A DNA stretch of 64,000 nucleotides from Mobula hypostoma (GCF_963921235.1 NC_086097.1:254264001-254328000); one strand, 5' to 3'; positions 1 to 12,293 are shown, counted from the stretch's first letter. Notes: generated by a model from the letters alone, not told the origin. Numbers and translations are program-made.

Positions 1-1600
1 TTTCCCACTAACACTTCCCTGCTCCATTAGGAAGGCAAAATGGGAGCATTCTCAGAGAATTCACTGCCACTTCTGCAATACCAGAGAGATGAGGTGCATG
101 TGGCAGGGATGCAGACTACAAGTCTACCCTACATATCAGTGACCAGGATGCTTCACTCCCTGAGATGCTGAATGTCTTCTACGGTGGGTTTGATGCACCG
201 AGCAAAGTGCTGGTGAGGAAGGCACCCCTCTCCCCAGGGGAGCAGTCACTCGTCTGGATGAACTGAGGTGAGGTAGACCCTGGCCAGAGTCAACCCACGC
301 GGAGCTGTGGGGCCCCGTGTTGCTTGAATTTCCAGCATCTGCAGATGTTCTCGTGTGGGCCCGATAATACACAGGTTGGGTTCTGAAAGTCTGCACAGCC
401 CAGCTGACGAATATATTCAACTACTCTCTGGAACAGTCCTCTGTCTCCTCAGTTTTCAAGGAGGCAACCATCATTCCACTGCCAAAGAGGGTGTCAGTAA
501 ATGACTAAATGACTATCATCCGGTGGCATTAACATCAATCATTATGAAATGCTTTGAGCAGCTGGTCATGGAGCACATTAAAGCTTTTCTTCCGGCTACA
601 CTGGACCCTTTCTAGCTCGCTCATCACTCAAATCGATCCATTAATGATGCAATAGCCTCTGCCCTCCACTCTGTCCAGTCCCACCTGCAAAATGGGGTCT
701 CATATGTTAGACTGCTTTTGTCCATTTCAGTTTGGCATTCAACACCTTCGTACCCCAGAAGCTGGTGGGGAACCTGTTGTTGCTGGGTCTCAACATCTGC
801 TCTGCAGCTGGATATTGGACTCGTTAACGGTGAGGCCACAGTCAGTCCGTGTGGGCAGCAATGTCTTTTGTCCCAGTACGCTGAGCACTGGTGCTCCCCA
901 AGGCTGTGAGCTCAGCCCGCTGCTGTTTACACTGCCGACACACGACTGTGACTCAGGACCCAGCTCAAACCGTGTCATCAGTTTGTGGCCGACGCGACAG
1001 TGGTCGGCCTTATCAGGAACGATGACGAGATGGAGTATAGAGAGGAAGTGGAGCGGCTGCTGGATTGACATGAGAGGAGCAATGTAAACCTGAACGTGGA
1101 GAAGATAAAGGAAATCATTGTGGACTTCAGGAAGATGCAGATAAACCATCCCCCTCTGAGAATACATGGCTCCTGTGTAGAGAAAGTTAAGTGCGCCAAG
1201 TTCCTGGGAGACACAGCAGCACCTCCACTTCCTAAGATCAAGACAAGCAATGCTCCCCCGCACCATCTTAACTGCGTTTTACAGGAGCACCATTGAGAGT
1301 GTTCTGACGAGTTTCATCTCTGTCTGGTCTGGGTGCAGTCGAGCATCAGACCAGAAGTCCCTACAAAGGACTGTGAGAACAGCTGAGAGGATCATAGGGG
1401 TCTCCCTACCATCCATTGGGGACATTTATCAGGAGTGCTACATAGACAGGGCCCTTAGTATTATTAAGGATCCCACTCATCCATCCAGCATCCTCTTTGA
1501 CTTTCTACCATCAGGCAGGAGACTACGATGCATAAAAATGCAAACGGTCAGGATGAGAAACAGTTTCTTTCCCCAGGCCATTAGGCTTCTAGTTGAATAA
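1..1600 (+). mobile_element. Rex1/Babar-like LINE fragment (RT and C-terminus), frameshifted
   Basis: ORFs 692-1600 carry [38 protein letters not shown] and SFFPQAIRLL. Confidence 0.85.
317..353 (+). mobile_element. Very short Penelope-like 3' terminus inserted in the Rex1-like LINE
   Basis: GTGTTGCTTGAATTTCCAGCATCTGCAGA also ends the insertions at 22876-23063 and 19492-20337. Imperfect flanking repeat TGTGGG(G)CCC. Confidence 0.65.
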
Positions 1601-1690
1601 TTCAGTTGCTTTATTCAACTGAAACGATGACATTGTATCAGAAGCACATCAAGAAATTGACCAAGACACAACACAGTCATTTATACCAAA

Positions 1691-1866
1691 TATTGTTGTT
1701 CGTCCATCATCGACGTCGATGAGGACCAGATGGTGTTGAGACTAGCGTGTGGTTTGGATTTAAGTGAGGGAGAGTTGCGCAGTGTCAGCCTCACTCTCTC
1801 TTCCCAATTCCCATCTGGATCTAGTGGCAAGACAGAGTCGAGACGGCTGGAGATGGGACTAGGCGC
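1691..1866. mobile_element. Probable RTE-clade untranslated terminal fragment
   Basis: Starts with TTGTTGTT, contains GGATTTAAGTGAGGGAGAG...AGCCTCACTCTCTC, and abuts an RTE ORF fragment. Family assignment is from recollection. Confidence 0.45.
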
Positions 1867-1869
1867 AAA

Positions 1870-2330
1870 TATTACACATCAAGTGGCAAGAGAGGTTACC
1901 AGATGTGGAGGTGCTCAAACGTGCTGGGACGGTCAGTGTAGAATCGCTCATTACAGCTTCTCAGCAGCGTTGGACTGGTCATGGCACAAGAATGAGTGAT
2001 GATCATTTACCCAAAGCTGTTTTCTGTGGCGAGCTATATGAAGGAACGAGGAAGCGGGGTGGTCAGAAGCTGCACTACAAAGATGTGCTCAAGCACCATA
2101 TGAAGAACACTGACATGAATGTCAACACCTGGGAGAAAGATGCTTTGGACAGAAGAAGTTGGCACTGCATTGTCAAGAAGTCAATCCCAGCTATCGAGGA
2201 GAAAAGGTAGAAGAAATGTGAAGCAGGTCATGAACACAGACATTCAGTGCTAGACCAGTCAAATCACAAATGCAACCGATGTGGGAGACAGTATCGAACC
2301 AATGCTGGTCTTGTGGCCCATAAACGTGCT
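1870..2330 (+). mobile_element. RTE-clade LINE C-terminal fragment
   Basis: RWTGHGTRMSDDHLPKAVFCGEL...GGQKLHYKDVLK followed by a C2H2-like end CNRCGR...GLVAH. Confidence 0.8.
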
Positions 2331-2560
2331 TTTCCACCTATCTTCTCCCAGCTTCTCACTTCCCCCTCCCCCACCCATCCAATTTCCCTTCCTCTCGTCT
2401 CCTCTATCACGTGCCAGCTTGTTCTCTTCCCCCTCATCGCACCTTCTGATCCTGGCATCGTCTTTCTTCTTTTCCAGTCCTGATGAAGGGTCTCAGCTCA
2501 ACATGTTGACTGTTCATTCATTTCTATGGATGCTTCCTGACCTGCTAAGTTGCTACTAAT
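2330..2560 (+). mobile_element. Penelope-like terminal repeat with decayed hammerhead motif
   Basis: Pyrimidine-rich run, then cagtc-CTGATGA-AGGGTCTCAGCTC-AACATGTT-gactg at 2475-2512. Confidence 0.65.
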
Positions 2561-3065
2561 ATTTTTTTGTTTCAAGGATAATAACTCTTGCTTTTTCAGA
2601 TGTTCCACATTAACTGAGGTTTTCCAACTTGCTACCAATCTAGTAAATATTTTCCAGGCAATGAGGTGTGACAATTTTGTCGACTACGATGCTCAGAATT
2701 TAAAGTAAGAGTTAATACGTATTTATAAAATGTTTAGCATAGTTTTAGCATAACGTAGTGTTTAGTCTATGACTCTCTGTTCAACTCTATCATAGAAAAT
2801 TCACAATATTAAAACAGCACTCCTGACATTTGTGAATGAACTCAGCCTCGAATGGAACAACTTTTTCATCTGCTATTACATCAATAGGAAATTGTGATCA
2901 TGAATTTATAACATAATTTTCTTTTTCCTTGCTTCACTCTTTCCAAAGTAAAGCTCACCAAGTGATGTAGGAAGTACTGCAATGTCCAAAAATCATCTGG
3001 TGTGATGTTTTTAAATCTATTGCCTGAAAACCAGAATTGCCTTAGTTTTAGTTTAGTCGTGTACA

Positions 3066-4267
3066 CCTGATAGAGGTGTATAAGATGATGAGAGGCATTG
3101 ATCATGTGGATAGTCAGAGGCTTTTTCCCAGGGCTGAAATGGCTAACATGGGAGGGCACAGTTTTAAGGTGCTTGGAGTTAGGTACAGAGGAGATGTCAG
3201 GGGTAAGTTTTTTTTACACAGAGTGGTGAGTGTGTGGAATGGGCTGCCGGCAACGGTGGTGGAGGCGGATACGATAGGATCTTTTAAGAGATTGCTGGAC
3301 AGGTATATGGGGCTTAGAAAAATAGAGGGCTATGGGTAACCCTAGATAATTTCTAAAGTAAGGACATGTTCAGCACAGCTTTGTGGGCCGAAGGACCTGT
3401 ATTGTTCAAGGGCTCAAAGCTCAAATTTAATGTCAGAGAAATGTATACAATATATATCCTGAAATGCTTTCTCTTTGCAAAACATCCACGAAAACAGAGA
3501 ATTGCCTCAAAGAATGAACAACAGTTAAACGTGAGAACCCCAAAGTCCCCTCCCCCAGCTCCCCCCCCCGCGTGTGAGCGGCAGCGAGGCAACGATCCCC
3601 CCTCCCCCCACCGGCAAAAAAACGTGCATCAGTACCATCACTGAGCCCAAGCGTGTACTAAGCAATAGCAAAGACACAGACCAAAGTTACCCCAAAGGCT
3701 TCACATTTCATCCAACAATCGACAAACTAAAGGTTCTCTCTCTCCCTGGCAAGGGCAAGGGAGGTTTCCTGCATTTTCGCAGCAAGTGGGAGACATAACA
3801 ACAACCCGCTGGTTTACGATGTTAAAAGTCCGTTTCGTCACTTTTTTTGAGCTCTGTGTCTGAAGGTGGCAAAGACCTTGAGTCTTCAGGCCCAGAGCGA
3901 AAGATTTTCTGGCCTCCCCGACAACACGCGAGTCTCCTGCTGTGACACCGACCCTCGATCCGCCCATCTACAGAGCCCCGAAATCATAGGCTTCGGAACG
4001 CGATCGAAACTCTCAGGCCAAACCCTTGGCATGTTGAATAATGGCCAGTCGTGGAACCCCGAGAATGGGTCCCATTCCCACAAAGAACTGAAGCCTGCGT
4101 GTAACTCCAGGTCAGGGTCTTCAAAAGAATCCTGAAAGGGAAAAATAAAGATATTAAATGTAGAAATAGGGCTGCTTCCGAAGATGCAAGCAAAGGATCC
4201 ACCGTTAGGCGCCATCATCCCTCCTAAGCGCCGCCTTCAGATTGTGCTGTAGGCTTTCTATGTTTCT
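3066..4267 (+). mobile_element. CR1 LINE 3' fragment, interrupted at 3406-4240
   Basis: YKMMRGIDHVD...FFLHRVVSVWNGLP; the tail resumes at 4241 and ends TTTCTATGTTTCT. Confidence 0.9.
3406..4240 (-). mobile_element. Non-coding non-autonomous retroelement (835 bp)
   Basis: ATTGT TSD at 3401-3405 and 4241-4245; GC-rich head GATGGCGCC; ATTAAA followed by a short-repeat tail; no RT coding. Confidence 0.7.
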
Positions 4268-4344
4268 GGGCTGCCACAGTTAGGGTTAGTGAGTTGTGTG
4301 CATACTATGTTGGCGCTGGAAGCACTGGAGACACACTTTTAAAT

Positions 4345-4583
4345 GATTTATTTATTTAGAGATACAACACGGTAACAGGCCCTGCTAGCTGGACAAGCCC
4401 ACTCTGCGTGATTATACCCATGTGATCAAGCCATGCACCTTTGGAATGTGGGAGGAAAACAGAGAGCTGGAAGAAACCCACACAGTTACAAGGAGAACGC
4501 ACAAGCTCCTGACAGAGAGCAGTGGAATTGAACCCGAGTTGCTGGTGCAGTAACAGCATTACACTGACCCCTGTGCTACTGTG
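4345..4583 (-). mobile_element. tRNA-derived V-SINE/HE1-like SINE
   Basis: B-box-like GGTTCAATTCC on the minus strand, central TGGGTTTC..CCTCCCAC core, AAAT tail. Confidence 0.75.
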
Positions 4584-5649
4584 TGACCCTAGAGAGGAAT
4601 GGAGAACGTGGCCATCAATCCTGCTGCCTGTCACATGTGAAGCAAATGCTGTAGCATGTGGGCCATTCCCCAGCACAATCCCCGCTGACCTGATTTGACA
4701 TAAACAATGTATGTTTTGATGTACATGTGACAATTAAAGCTAATCTTTATAAAATTTTGATTTACATATTGAATAAGCAAGTTTTATTAATCTTGTTTTT
4801 CCCTGAAATCTTCTCGTTTGAAAAGCCAATGCTCCAGCATCTAGCTATACTGAAATCTGGGTTCTCAATCACAGCTTCGTTCAGCTTTCTGCCCAGTATT
4901 TCCCTGCAGAGTTAATGCTCCAGTCACCCAGCTTCCTGTCCAGGGCAGCTGCTGTTTACTTCATCCTCATCCTGCTGCTGCATTGCAGTCGTCCCGACAA
5001 TTGTATATCCAAGGAGAGTAGAGTTCATCTACTTCAAGTCTGTAACGGTGGGCAGAGCAAATATCCTCTAACTCCACAAAACCATTTTCTCAACTTCTGT
5101 TCCATAGTCACACAATCCATTCATTAAGCAGAGGTATTCCCCTAAGGGCTGCTGCATGTATTGTGGTCTTTTGGAGAGCTGACTGCGTGCTGGCAACTGT
5201 GAGAACAAGCCAGCATAAGACAATGAGCAGAATTAGGCCATTCAGCCCACTGAGTCTGCTCTGCCATTCCATTATGACTGATGTATTATCCCTCAACCCC
5301 GTTCTCCTGCTTTCTCACCCTTTCCACTGGCCTTTGAATGCAGAGCAGAGGCTTACACCCTGGCCTGCCCTCTAATTTCCCCCACATCTTTGACCCTAAA
5401 CAATAACCTAGCCCCTAGCTCCTTTCTCGGTCTCCAAAACCATGCCTATGAAACTAAAAAACCAAGTCTGAGCCACAACCTCAACGAATACTGCAGCTCA
5501 ATGCCATCTTGTGTTGATTTTTACAGACAGCATGTGAGAAGTCTTTAGGCTCTAGAAAGGAGGATGAAGAGAAATAAATAAAAGTTTTTGAAAAGGTTTT
5601 TAAAGATGAAGAGGGGACGACACTCTGGAGAATAGATTCTGAAGAAGGG

Positions 5650-6246
5650 AGGAGAAGATGGCGGCGCACCTGTGTGTGCGCAGCCCTCCGGTGAAAAATG
5701 ATATCGTATCTGTTAAATAGGGGCCGTGGACAATTCTGATTTGATGGAGAATGGATGTGAAAGCACAGAGGAACATCTGGAGAAATTTCTGAAACACCCA
5801 TTTGCTGCTGTCGTTACTGTGCAGTCAGGAATCTTTCGGAGGGTAGGCCTCAAAATCCCCGGCCTTGCCTGCTTTTGGCAACTGAGAAGGAGGTCGAATC
5901 ATTCGGACAGAGATGCTGCTCAGTACTCAGTGACGGAAAGCTGATCAGAGCTCGAAGTTTTCGGATGACTCAAGAGTCGGATTGTGGTCGGCATGGCAGG
6001 GAGAGTTTTTCTTCCTTCTCCCGTCTGCGTGAGATGTGTGAACTTTACTGTGCTCATAGACTTCATTATCAAGTTATGGTATTGTTGCACTGTTGTAACT
6101 ATATGTTATAATATGTGGTTTTGTCAGTTTTTTCAGTCTTGGTCTGTCCTGTGTTTTGTGATATCACACCGGAGGAAATAATGTATCATTTCTTAATGCA
6201 TGCATTACTAAATGACAATAAAAGAGGACTGTGTGTCTTCATAATC
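5650..6246 (+). mobile_element. Probable non-autonomous non-coding retroelement
   Basis: CpG-rich head AAGATGGCGGCG, T-rich 3' part, AATAAA near the end; no TSD found. Confidence 0.5.
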
Positions 6247-6785
6247 ATTTTAGATGGAAGTTCTAAGCAAATGTACCTTTGGATAAGGGCATCTCCCAGG
6301 ATGGTCAGCTTCTCTGGATACTTAAATGATAGTTTGACCCAATGTTTACCCCTGCACTCCCTCTGTAGCTGTTACACTTTACAGAACATTGGTCAGAATG
6401 AAGTGGATAAGGCCTATCGGAATCAAAGATGGTGATAATTATCTAAAGGCAATGTCAGTGCTGGGTAAAGTAAATGAGCATTTTATATTGGAATTTTACT
6501 CAGGAGAACAGTATTGATAAACTATTAGTTTAATAAATAACCAAGATAGAAGGAATACTGTCCTGTGATTAGGCTAGTGCTAAACGGGTAGGCCAGGAGG
6601 ACCTGTCTGCATTGTATCTCTAAATTTAAAAAAAATTTCCTCAATATTTGATGAGAAATTGGAATAGTTAAATTTTGGTTGAGATCAGTTTTCTGAAGTT
6701 CTGTGTATGCCCCATAACCTATTCTTCATCCCTGTAAAAAGAAAGGATTTCTTTTCCAGTAAGTCATATCTTTTCCTTTTAACAG

Positions 6786-6879
6786 TGGCATTCTGGGAGT
6801 GTCTCTGCAAGTGGTCTCTGTGAAGTTGAAGAACTGTGTGTCCACAGTATGGTACAGTTCATGGATGCTGGTAACAAAG
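6786..6879 (+). CDS. Candidate exon A of an unidentified host gene
   Basis: Acceptor tcttttccttttaacag, donor AAG|gtatgg, non-repeat context, two open frames. Confidence 0.4.
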
Positions 6880-8011
6880 GTATGGAATCAGTGTTGATTA
6901 GCATGTTAATCAATGTTTGAATTTACTAGATATTAATGTGCTCAGACCTGATATCCCACAAATTTAACAGTCATTAATTCTAGCGTAATAATTCATCAGA
7001 AGCCATGCCACGGTCTTTCAAAGTAATCTTCTTTTCTTGAAATCACGCCATGGCAGCATTTCCTGTATTAGACAGGGATATCATCTGACCTGTTATACTT
7101 CTGAGGCAAATGGTGAAGTGACAGGAGCCTAGAGGAATATTACTTTGCAAAATAAATGCATGATTAAATACTGGAGCCGCAGGACCCACACCATCATGTT
7201 CAGGAATAGTTATTACCCTTCAGCCATCAGGTAGGACCATAAGACATAGAAGCAGAATTAGGCCATCTGGCCCATCGAGTCTGCTCCACCATTCAATCAT
7301 GACTGATCCTTTTTTTTTTCTCGTCCTCAACCCCAGTTCCGGGCCTTCTCCCCGTAACCTTTGATGCCATGTACAATCAAGAACCTATCAATCTCTACCT
7401 TAAATATACCCACCAGTGTGGATAACTTCTCCAACCTCAAATGTGAACTGATTCCGCAATGTACAGACTCACTTTCAAGGACTTTTCATCTCATATTCTC
7501 AATATATATTGCTTATTTATTATTAATTATTCATTATTTTTCTCAGCTGGTAAAACCTGAGGTACGGGCATAGCCAAGCACGCTCATTTTTCAATTGCTA
7601 GAAACATTCAGACTATTCTGTTGGTGTTTAGTATTGTGGCTTTCTGAAGATTTACAAAGATATTACAGTGTAACTGTTGATGAAGTTTGTCTCGTATCCT
7701 GTCACGTCAGCCTGGAGTTCCGTTACTCGATAATATACACACATAATGAATGTGTTTACTCCTAATGACCATTTCATGTGTGTCCTTCTTCTCTTAACTG
7801 CTTGAGTGGTCTCAGTTTAAGTGGACTGCTTCCCAAGAAACACCTACAGTATTCACAGCCTGTAGTGTTGTTGGGCTACTTTGAATGTTGGCAATATCTT
7901 TTTTGGTTTCCCAGTGCCTGCCCATCTATTCAGATGTGCCGCACTCACAGTTCACTTACTGTCATGCCCAGAGCTAGCTCCAGGCCTGGCTGGCTATCCC
8001 CAGGCAGTGGC

Positions 8012-8187
8012 CATACCACTCTGTTCCATAGACATCTCTCCGTTTCTAAACCAAACATACCACTCTGTTCCATAGACATCTCTCCGTTTCTAAAGCAAAC
8101 ATATCACTCTGTTCCATAGACATCTCTCCGTTTCTAAAGCAAACATATCACTCTGTTCCATCAACGTCACTCCATTTCTAAAGCAAA
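8012..8187. repeat. 44-bp tandem repeat, 4 copies
   Basis: Unit CATAYCACTCTGTTCCATAGACATCTCTCCGTTTCTAAASCAAA starting at 8012, 8056, 8100 and 8144. Confidence 0.95.
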
Positions 8188-8659
8188 AGAGTATTGCTTT
8201 TTATACCCACAGCCAGGTTTCAGTTTCAGCCACATATAGTACAGGCGCTGGCCAGAGCATCGCCCAATTTTTATTATTAGTATTTATTTTTCATTTTGTC
8301 TTTGTACAGTTTTGTTACCTTTTGTACATTCATTTTTAGTCTATACTTTTGAGTGCGGTTTTTCATTGATTCTGCTGTGTTTTTTGGATTTTCTGAGTAT
8401 GCTCATAAATAAATGTACCTCAGGATTGTATATGGTGACATATATGTACTTTGATAATAAATTTACTTTAAACTTTGAGATTTAATTGTATTAAACCCTC
8501 ACAATATTGCAATAAATGAAAATTTAATTATACTGGCCTGGTATGGAAGCAACCAATGCCCACGAAGGGAAAAGGCTGCAGAAAGTGCCGGATATGACCC
8601 AGTCCATCACAGAAAAAGGTATCCACCATTGAGCACGTCTGCACGGAGTGCTGTCGTAA

Positions 8660-9010
8660 GAAAAATTCGGGACAGTAGATTTAGGACGGAGATGAGGAGG
8701 AACTGCTTTTCCTAGCGAGGCAGTGGAGGCTACCTCAGTAAATATATTTAAGATGAGGTTGGATAGATTTTTGCATAGTAGGGGAAATAAAGGTTCTGAG
8801 GAGAAGGCAAGTCGGTGGAGATGAGTCCATGGCCAGTTCAGCCATGATCTTATTAAATGGTGGAGCAGTCTCGACGGGCCGGATGCCCTACTCCTGCTCC
8901 TATTTCTTATCTTTTTATGTTCTTACCTCATTTCTAAGTGGATATCCCTCTATTCTGAGGCTGTGCCCTTTGGTCCTAAACTGCTCCACTATAGGAAATA
9001 TGCTCTCCAC
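8660..9010. mobile_element. Two short CR1 3' fragments in opposite orientations
   Basis: + strand tail GGGCCGGATGCCCTACTCCTGCTCC; minus-strand peptide RTKGHSLRIEGYP. Confidence 0.7.
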
Positions 9011-9144
9011 AACAGGTGAGAGTTCTTTAATGCTGAAGAATATTTGCTTAGTTATCACAAAAATGTGTTGAGCAATTAAGGTAATTTTTGGATAGATAAA
9101 CAAGAAATTGAGAAGTATTTTTCTTTCGTCAGTCAATGTTGGTC

Positions 9145-9968
9145 AGGAGATGAGGCTGAGTACAGGGCTACGGTAGGAAACTTGGTCACATGGTGTAAGC
9201 AGAATTATCTGCAGCTTAATGTGAAAAAGACTAAGGAACTGGTGGTAGACCTGAGGAGATCTAAGGTACCGGTGACCCCTGTTTCCATCCGGGGGTCAGG
9301 GTGGATATGGTGGAGGATTACAAATACCTGGGGATACGAATTGACAATAAACTGGACTGGTCAAAGAACACTGAGGCTGTCTACAAGAAGGGTCAGAGCC
9401 GTCTCTATTTCCTGAGGAGACTGAGGTCCTTTAATATCTGCTGGACGATGCTGAGGATGTTCTACCAGTCTGTGGTAGCCAGTGCTATCATGTTTGCTGT
9501 TGTGTGCTGGGGCAGCAGGCTGAGGGTAGCAGACACCAACAGAATCAACAAACTCATTCGTAAGGCCAGTGATGTGGGGATGGAACTGGACTCTCTCATG
9601 GTGGTGTCTGAAAAGAGGATGCTCTCCAAGTTGCGTGCCATCTTGGACAATGTCTCCCATCCACTACATAATGTACTGGTTGGGCACAGGAGTACATTCA
9701 GCCAGAGGCTCATTCCACCGAGATGCAACACTGAGCGTCATAGGAAGTCATTCCTGTCTGTGACCATCAAACTTTACAACTCCTCCCTTGGAGGGTCAGA
9801 CACCCTGAGCCAATAGGCTAGTCCTGGACTTATTTCATAATTTACTGGCATAATTTACATATTACTATTTAACTATTTATGGTTCTATTACTATTTATTA
9901 TTTATGGTGCAACTGTAACGAAAACCAATTTCCCCTGGGATCAATAAAGTATGACTATTATGACTATG
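9145..9968 (+). mobile_element. Rex1/Babar-like LINE, 5'-truncated
   Basis: LNVKKTKELVVD, YKYLG, SRLYFLRRLRSF; AATAAA followed by a (TATGAC)n tail. Confidence 0.9.
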
Positions 9969-10244
9969 TTATGGGTCTGGAGCTCCCTGTCTGAGGTGGA
10001 AGCAAGAACCTGCACAGTTGAATGGCAACTTGATTTTCTGTAATCTACGGTGCTCTGAAATAATAACTGTGAACTGAGATTAGAGTGGGTTGTTATTTGA
10101 CCAGCTCAGCAGTATGATGGAATAGTGTCCTGTATCATAATGTCTCTCAATTATACTAAAGCCCTCTGGTAGCAATTATTCCTAATCAATATTATTGTTA
10201 AAGGGCCTGAGGACACCTAGATAATCTAATTTTTAAATTCACAG

Positions 10245-10317
10245 CAGAAATCCAGTGTGCATGTTGACCTTCCAAAGTATAGAAAACTGCAGGCAGCATT
10301 CTCCAATCAAGCCATTG
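10245..10317 (+). CDS. Candidate exon B
   Basis: CTAAT branch-like site, acceptor ttcacag, donor TG|gtaaat; reads QKSSVHVDLPKYRKLQAAFSNQAI. Confidence 0.3.
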
Positions 10318-11215
10318 GTAAATGGCAGGATCGCTGCTGCTCTGTGCGTTGGCATGCTGATTGGTAAATGGCAGGATCGCTGCTGCTCTGTGTGCGTTGG
10401 CATACTGATTGGTAAATGGCAGGATCGCTGCTGCTCTGTGTGCGTTGGCATACTGATTGGTAAATGGCAGGATCGCTGCTGCTCTGTGTGCGTTGGCATG
10501 CTGATTGGTAAATGGCAGGATCGCTGCTGCTCTGTGTGCGTTGGCATACTGATTGGTAAATGGCAGGATCGCTGCTGCTCTGTGCGTTGGCATGCTGATT
10601 GGTAAATGGCAGGATCGCTGCTGCTCTGTGCGTTGGCATGCTGATTGGTAAATGGCAGGATCGCTCCTGCTCTGTGTGCGTTGGCATGCTGATTGGTAAA
10701 TGGCAGGATCGCTGCTGCTCTGTGTGCGTTGGCATGCTGATTGGTAAATGGCAGGATCACTGCTGCTCTGTGTGCGTTGGCATGCTGATTGGTAAATGGC
10801 AGGATCGCTGCTGCTCTGTGTGCGTTGGCATGCTGATTGGTAAATGGCAGGATCGCTGCTGCTCCATGTGCGTTGGCATGCTGATTGGTAAATGGCAGGA
10901 TCGCTGCTGCTCTGTGTGCGTTGGCATACTGATTGGTAAATGGCAGGATCGCTGCTGCTCTGTGCGTTGGCATGCTGATTGGTAAATGGCAGGATCGCTG
11001 CTGCTCTGTGTGCGTTGGCATGCTGATTGGTAAATGGCAGGATCGCTGCTGCTCTGTGCGTTGGCATGCTGATTGGTAAATGGCAGGATCGCTGCTGCTC
11101 TGTGTGCGTTGGCATGCTGATTGGTAAATGGCAGGATCGCTGCTGCTCCATGTGCGTTGGCATGCTGATTGGTAAACGGCAGGATCGCTGCTGCTCTGTG
11201 TGCGTTGGCATGCTG
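10314..11215. repeat. 48-bp minisatellite, 19 units (five are 46 bp)
   Basis: Unit ATTGGTAAATGGCAGGATCGCTGCTGCTCTGTGTGCGTTGGCATGCTG, nearly identical copies. Confidence 0.98.
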
Positions 11216-11569
11216 AGAACTCACTGGTTCTCTCCTGTGGTCTACAGACCTGTCAGTGCTTTAGACTCGTACTGATAATGGAACAGTGCCACTCTGAAAG
11301 CAGCTTTGGTTTTATATAATGTCTCTCTCAGAGACCATAGCACAAAGGAGCAAAATTAGGCCATTTAGCCCACCAAATCAACTCCACTTCAGGCAGACAT
11401 ATTGCTTTTGAATGCTGATATTGGGTTGAGAGGAAGGAAAATGCTGATGGTGAGTTGAGAGTAAGGAGAAACACAGCTTTAAGGAGCAAAATAAATCAAG
11501 CAGGTAATATTGTGGGCATGGCTATGTTGACAACACATGAGGGCTGCCCACAGTGTATCCTTAAATTAA

Positions 11570-11870
11570 AATCATAGAGTCATAGAATCCTATAGAGCAC
11601 AGAAGCAGGCCCTTTGGCCCATCTAGTCCATACTGAACTGTTAATCTGCCTAGTCCCATCTACCGGCACCTGGACCATGGCTCTCCATACCCCTCTCATT
11701 CACGTACCTGTCCAAATTTCTCTTAAATGTTGAAATCAAATCTGCATCCACTAATTTCCCTGGCTGCTCTCACCACCCCCAAGTGAAGAAGATTCCCCTC
11801 AAATTTCCCTTAAATATTTCACCCATAACCATGGCCTCTTGTCCCAACCAACCTCAGTGGAAAAAGCCTG
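11570..11870 (-). mobile_element. CR1 3' end fragment
   Basis: CATAGA repeats and GGCCCTTTGGCCCATCTAGTCC (reverse complement of the CR1 tail). Confidence 0.75.
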
Positions 11871-12179
11871 AAGATTTACAAGGATGTTACCAGGACCCGA
11901 GGAATACTGGCCTGGCCCTTCTCCGGCACCTCTCTGTATATGTATCCTTGATGGCAGGTAGGCTGGTGCCAATGATGCATTGGGTAGTTTTGGCGACCTT
12001 CCTGTCCACCACAGTGCAGTTTCCCTACCCCATTTAGCGATGCAGCTTGTTGGGATGCTCCCTACTGAGCATCTATGGAATGATGTGAGGATGGATGTGC
12101 AAAGTCCAGCTCTCTGCAGCCGGACGTCAATGTGGAATGAGCTCTGGAATAAAGAACAGTTTGTAAGCAAGCTAACATG

Positions 12180-12293
12180 AGCCGGGATGTGGACTACAAG
12201 TCCAAACAGCAGCCGGGATGTGGACTACAAGTCCAAACAGCAGCCGGGATGTGGACTACAAGTCCAAACAGCAGCCGGGATGTGGACTACAAG
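12180..12293 (+). repeat. 31-bp tandem repeat (~3.7 copies) at a CR1 5' junction
   Basis: Unit AGCCGGGATGTGGACTACAAGTCCAAACAGC; encodes PNSSRDVDYK, continuous with the CR1 endonuclease. Confidence 0.9.

Noticed and set aside
2600..3000. Additional exons after pyrimidine tracts at ~2600 and ~2948
   Set aside because: The second has stops in all frames; the first has a weak donor and may be decayed repeat.
10314..11215. CRISPR array or Cys-rich repeat protein
   Set aside because: No unique spacers, eukaryotic context, and ORFs occur in many frames on both strands, as expected for a stop-poor repeat.
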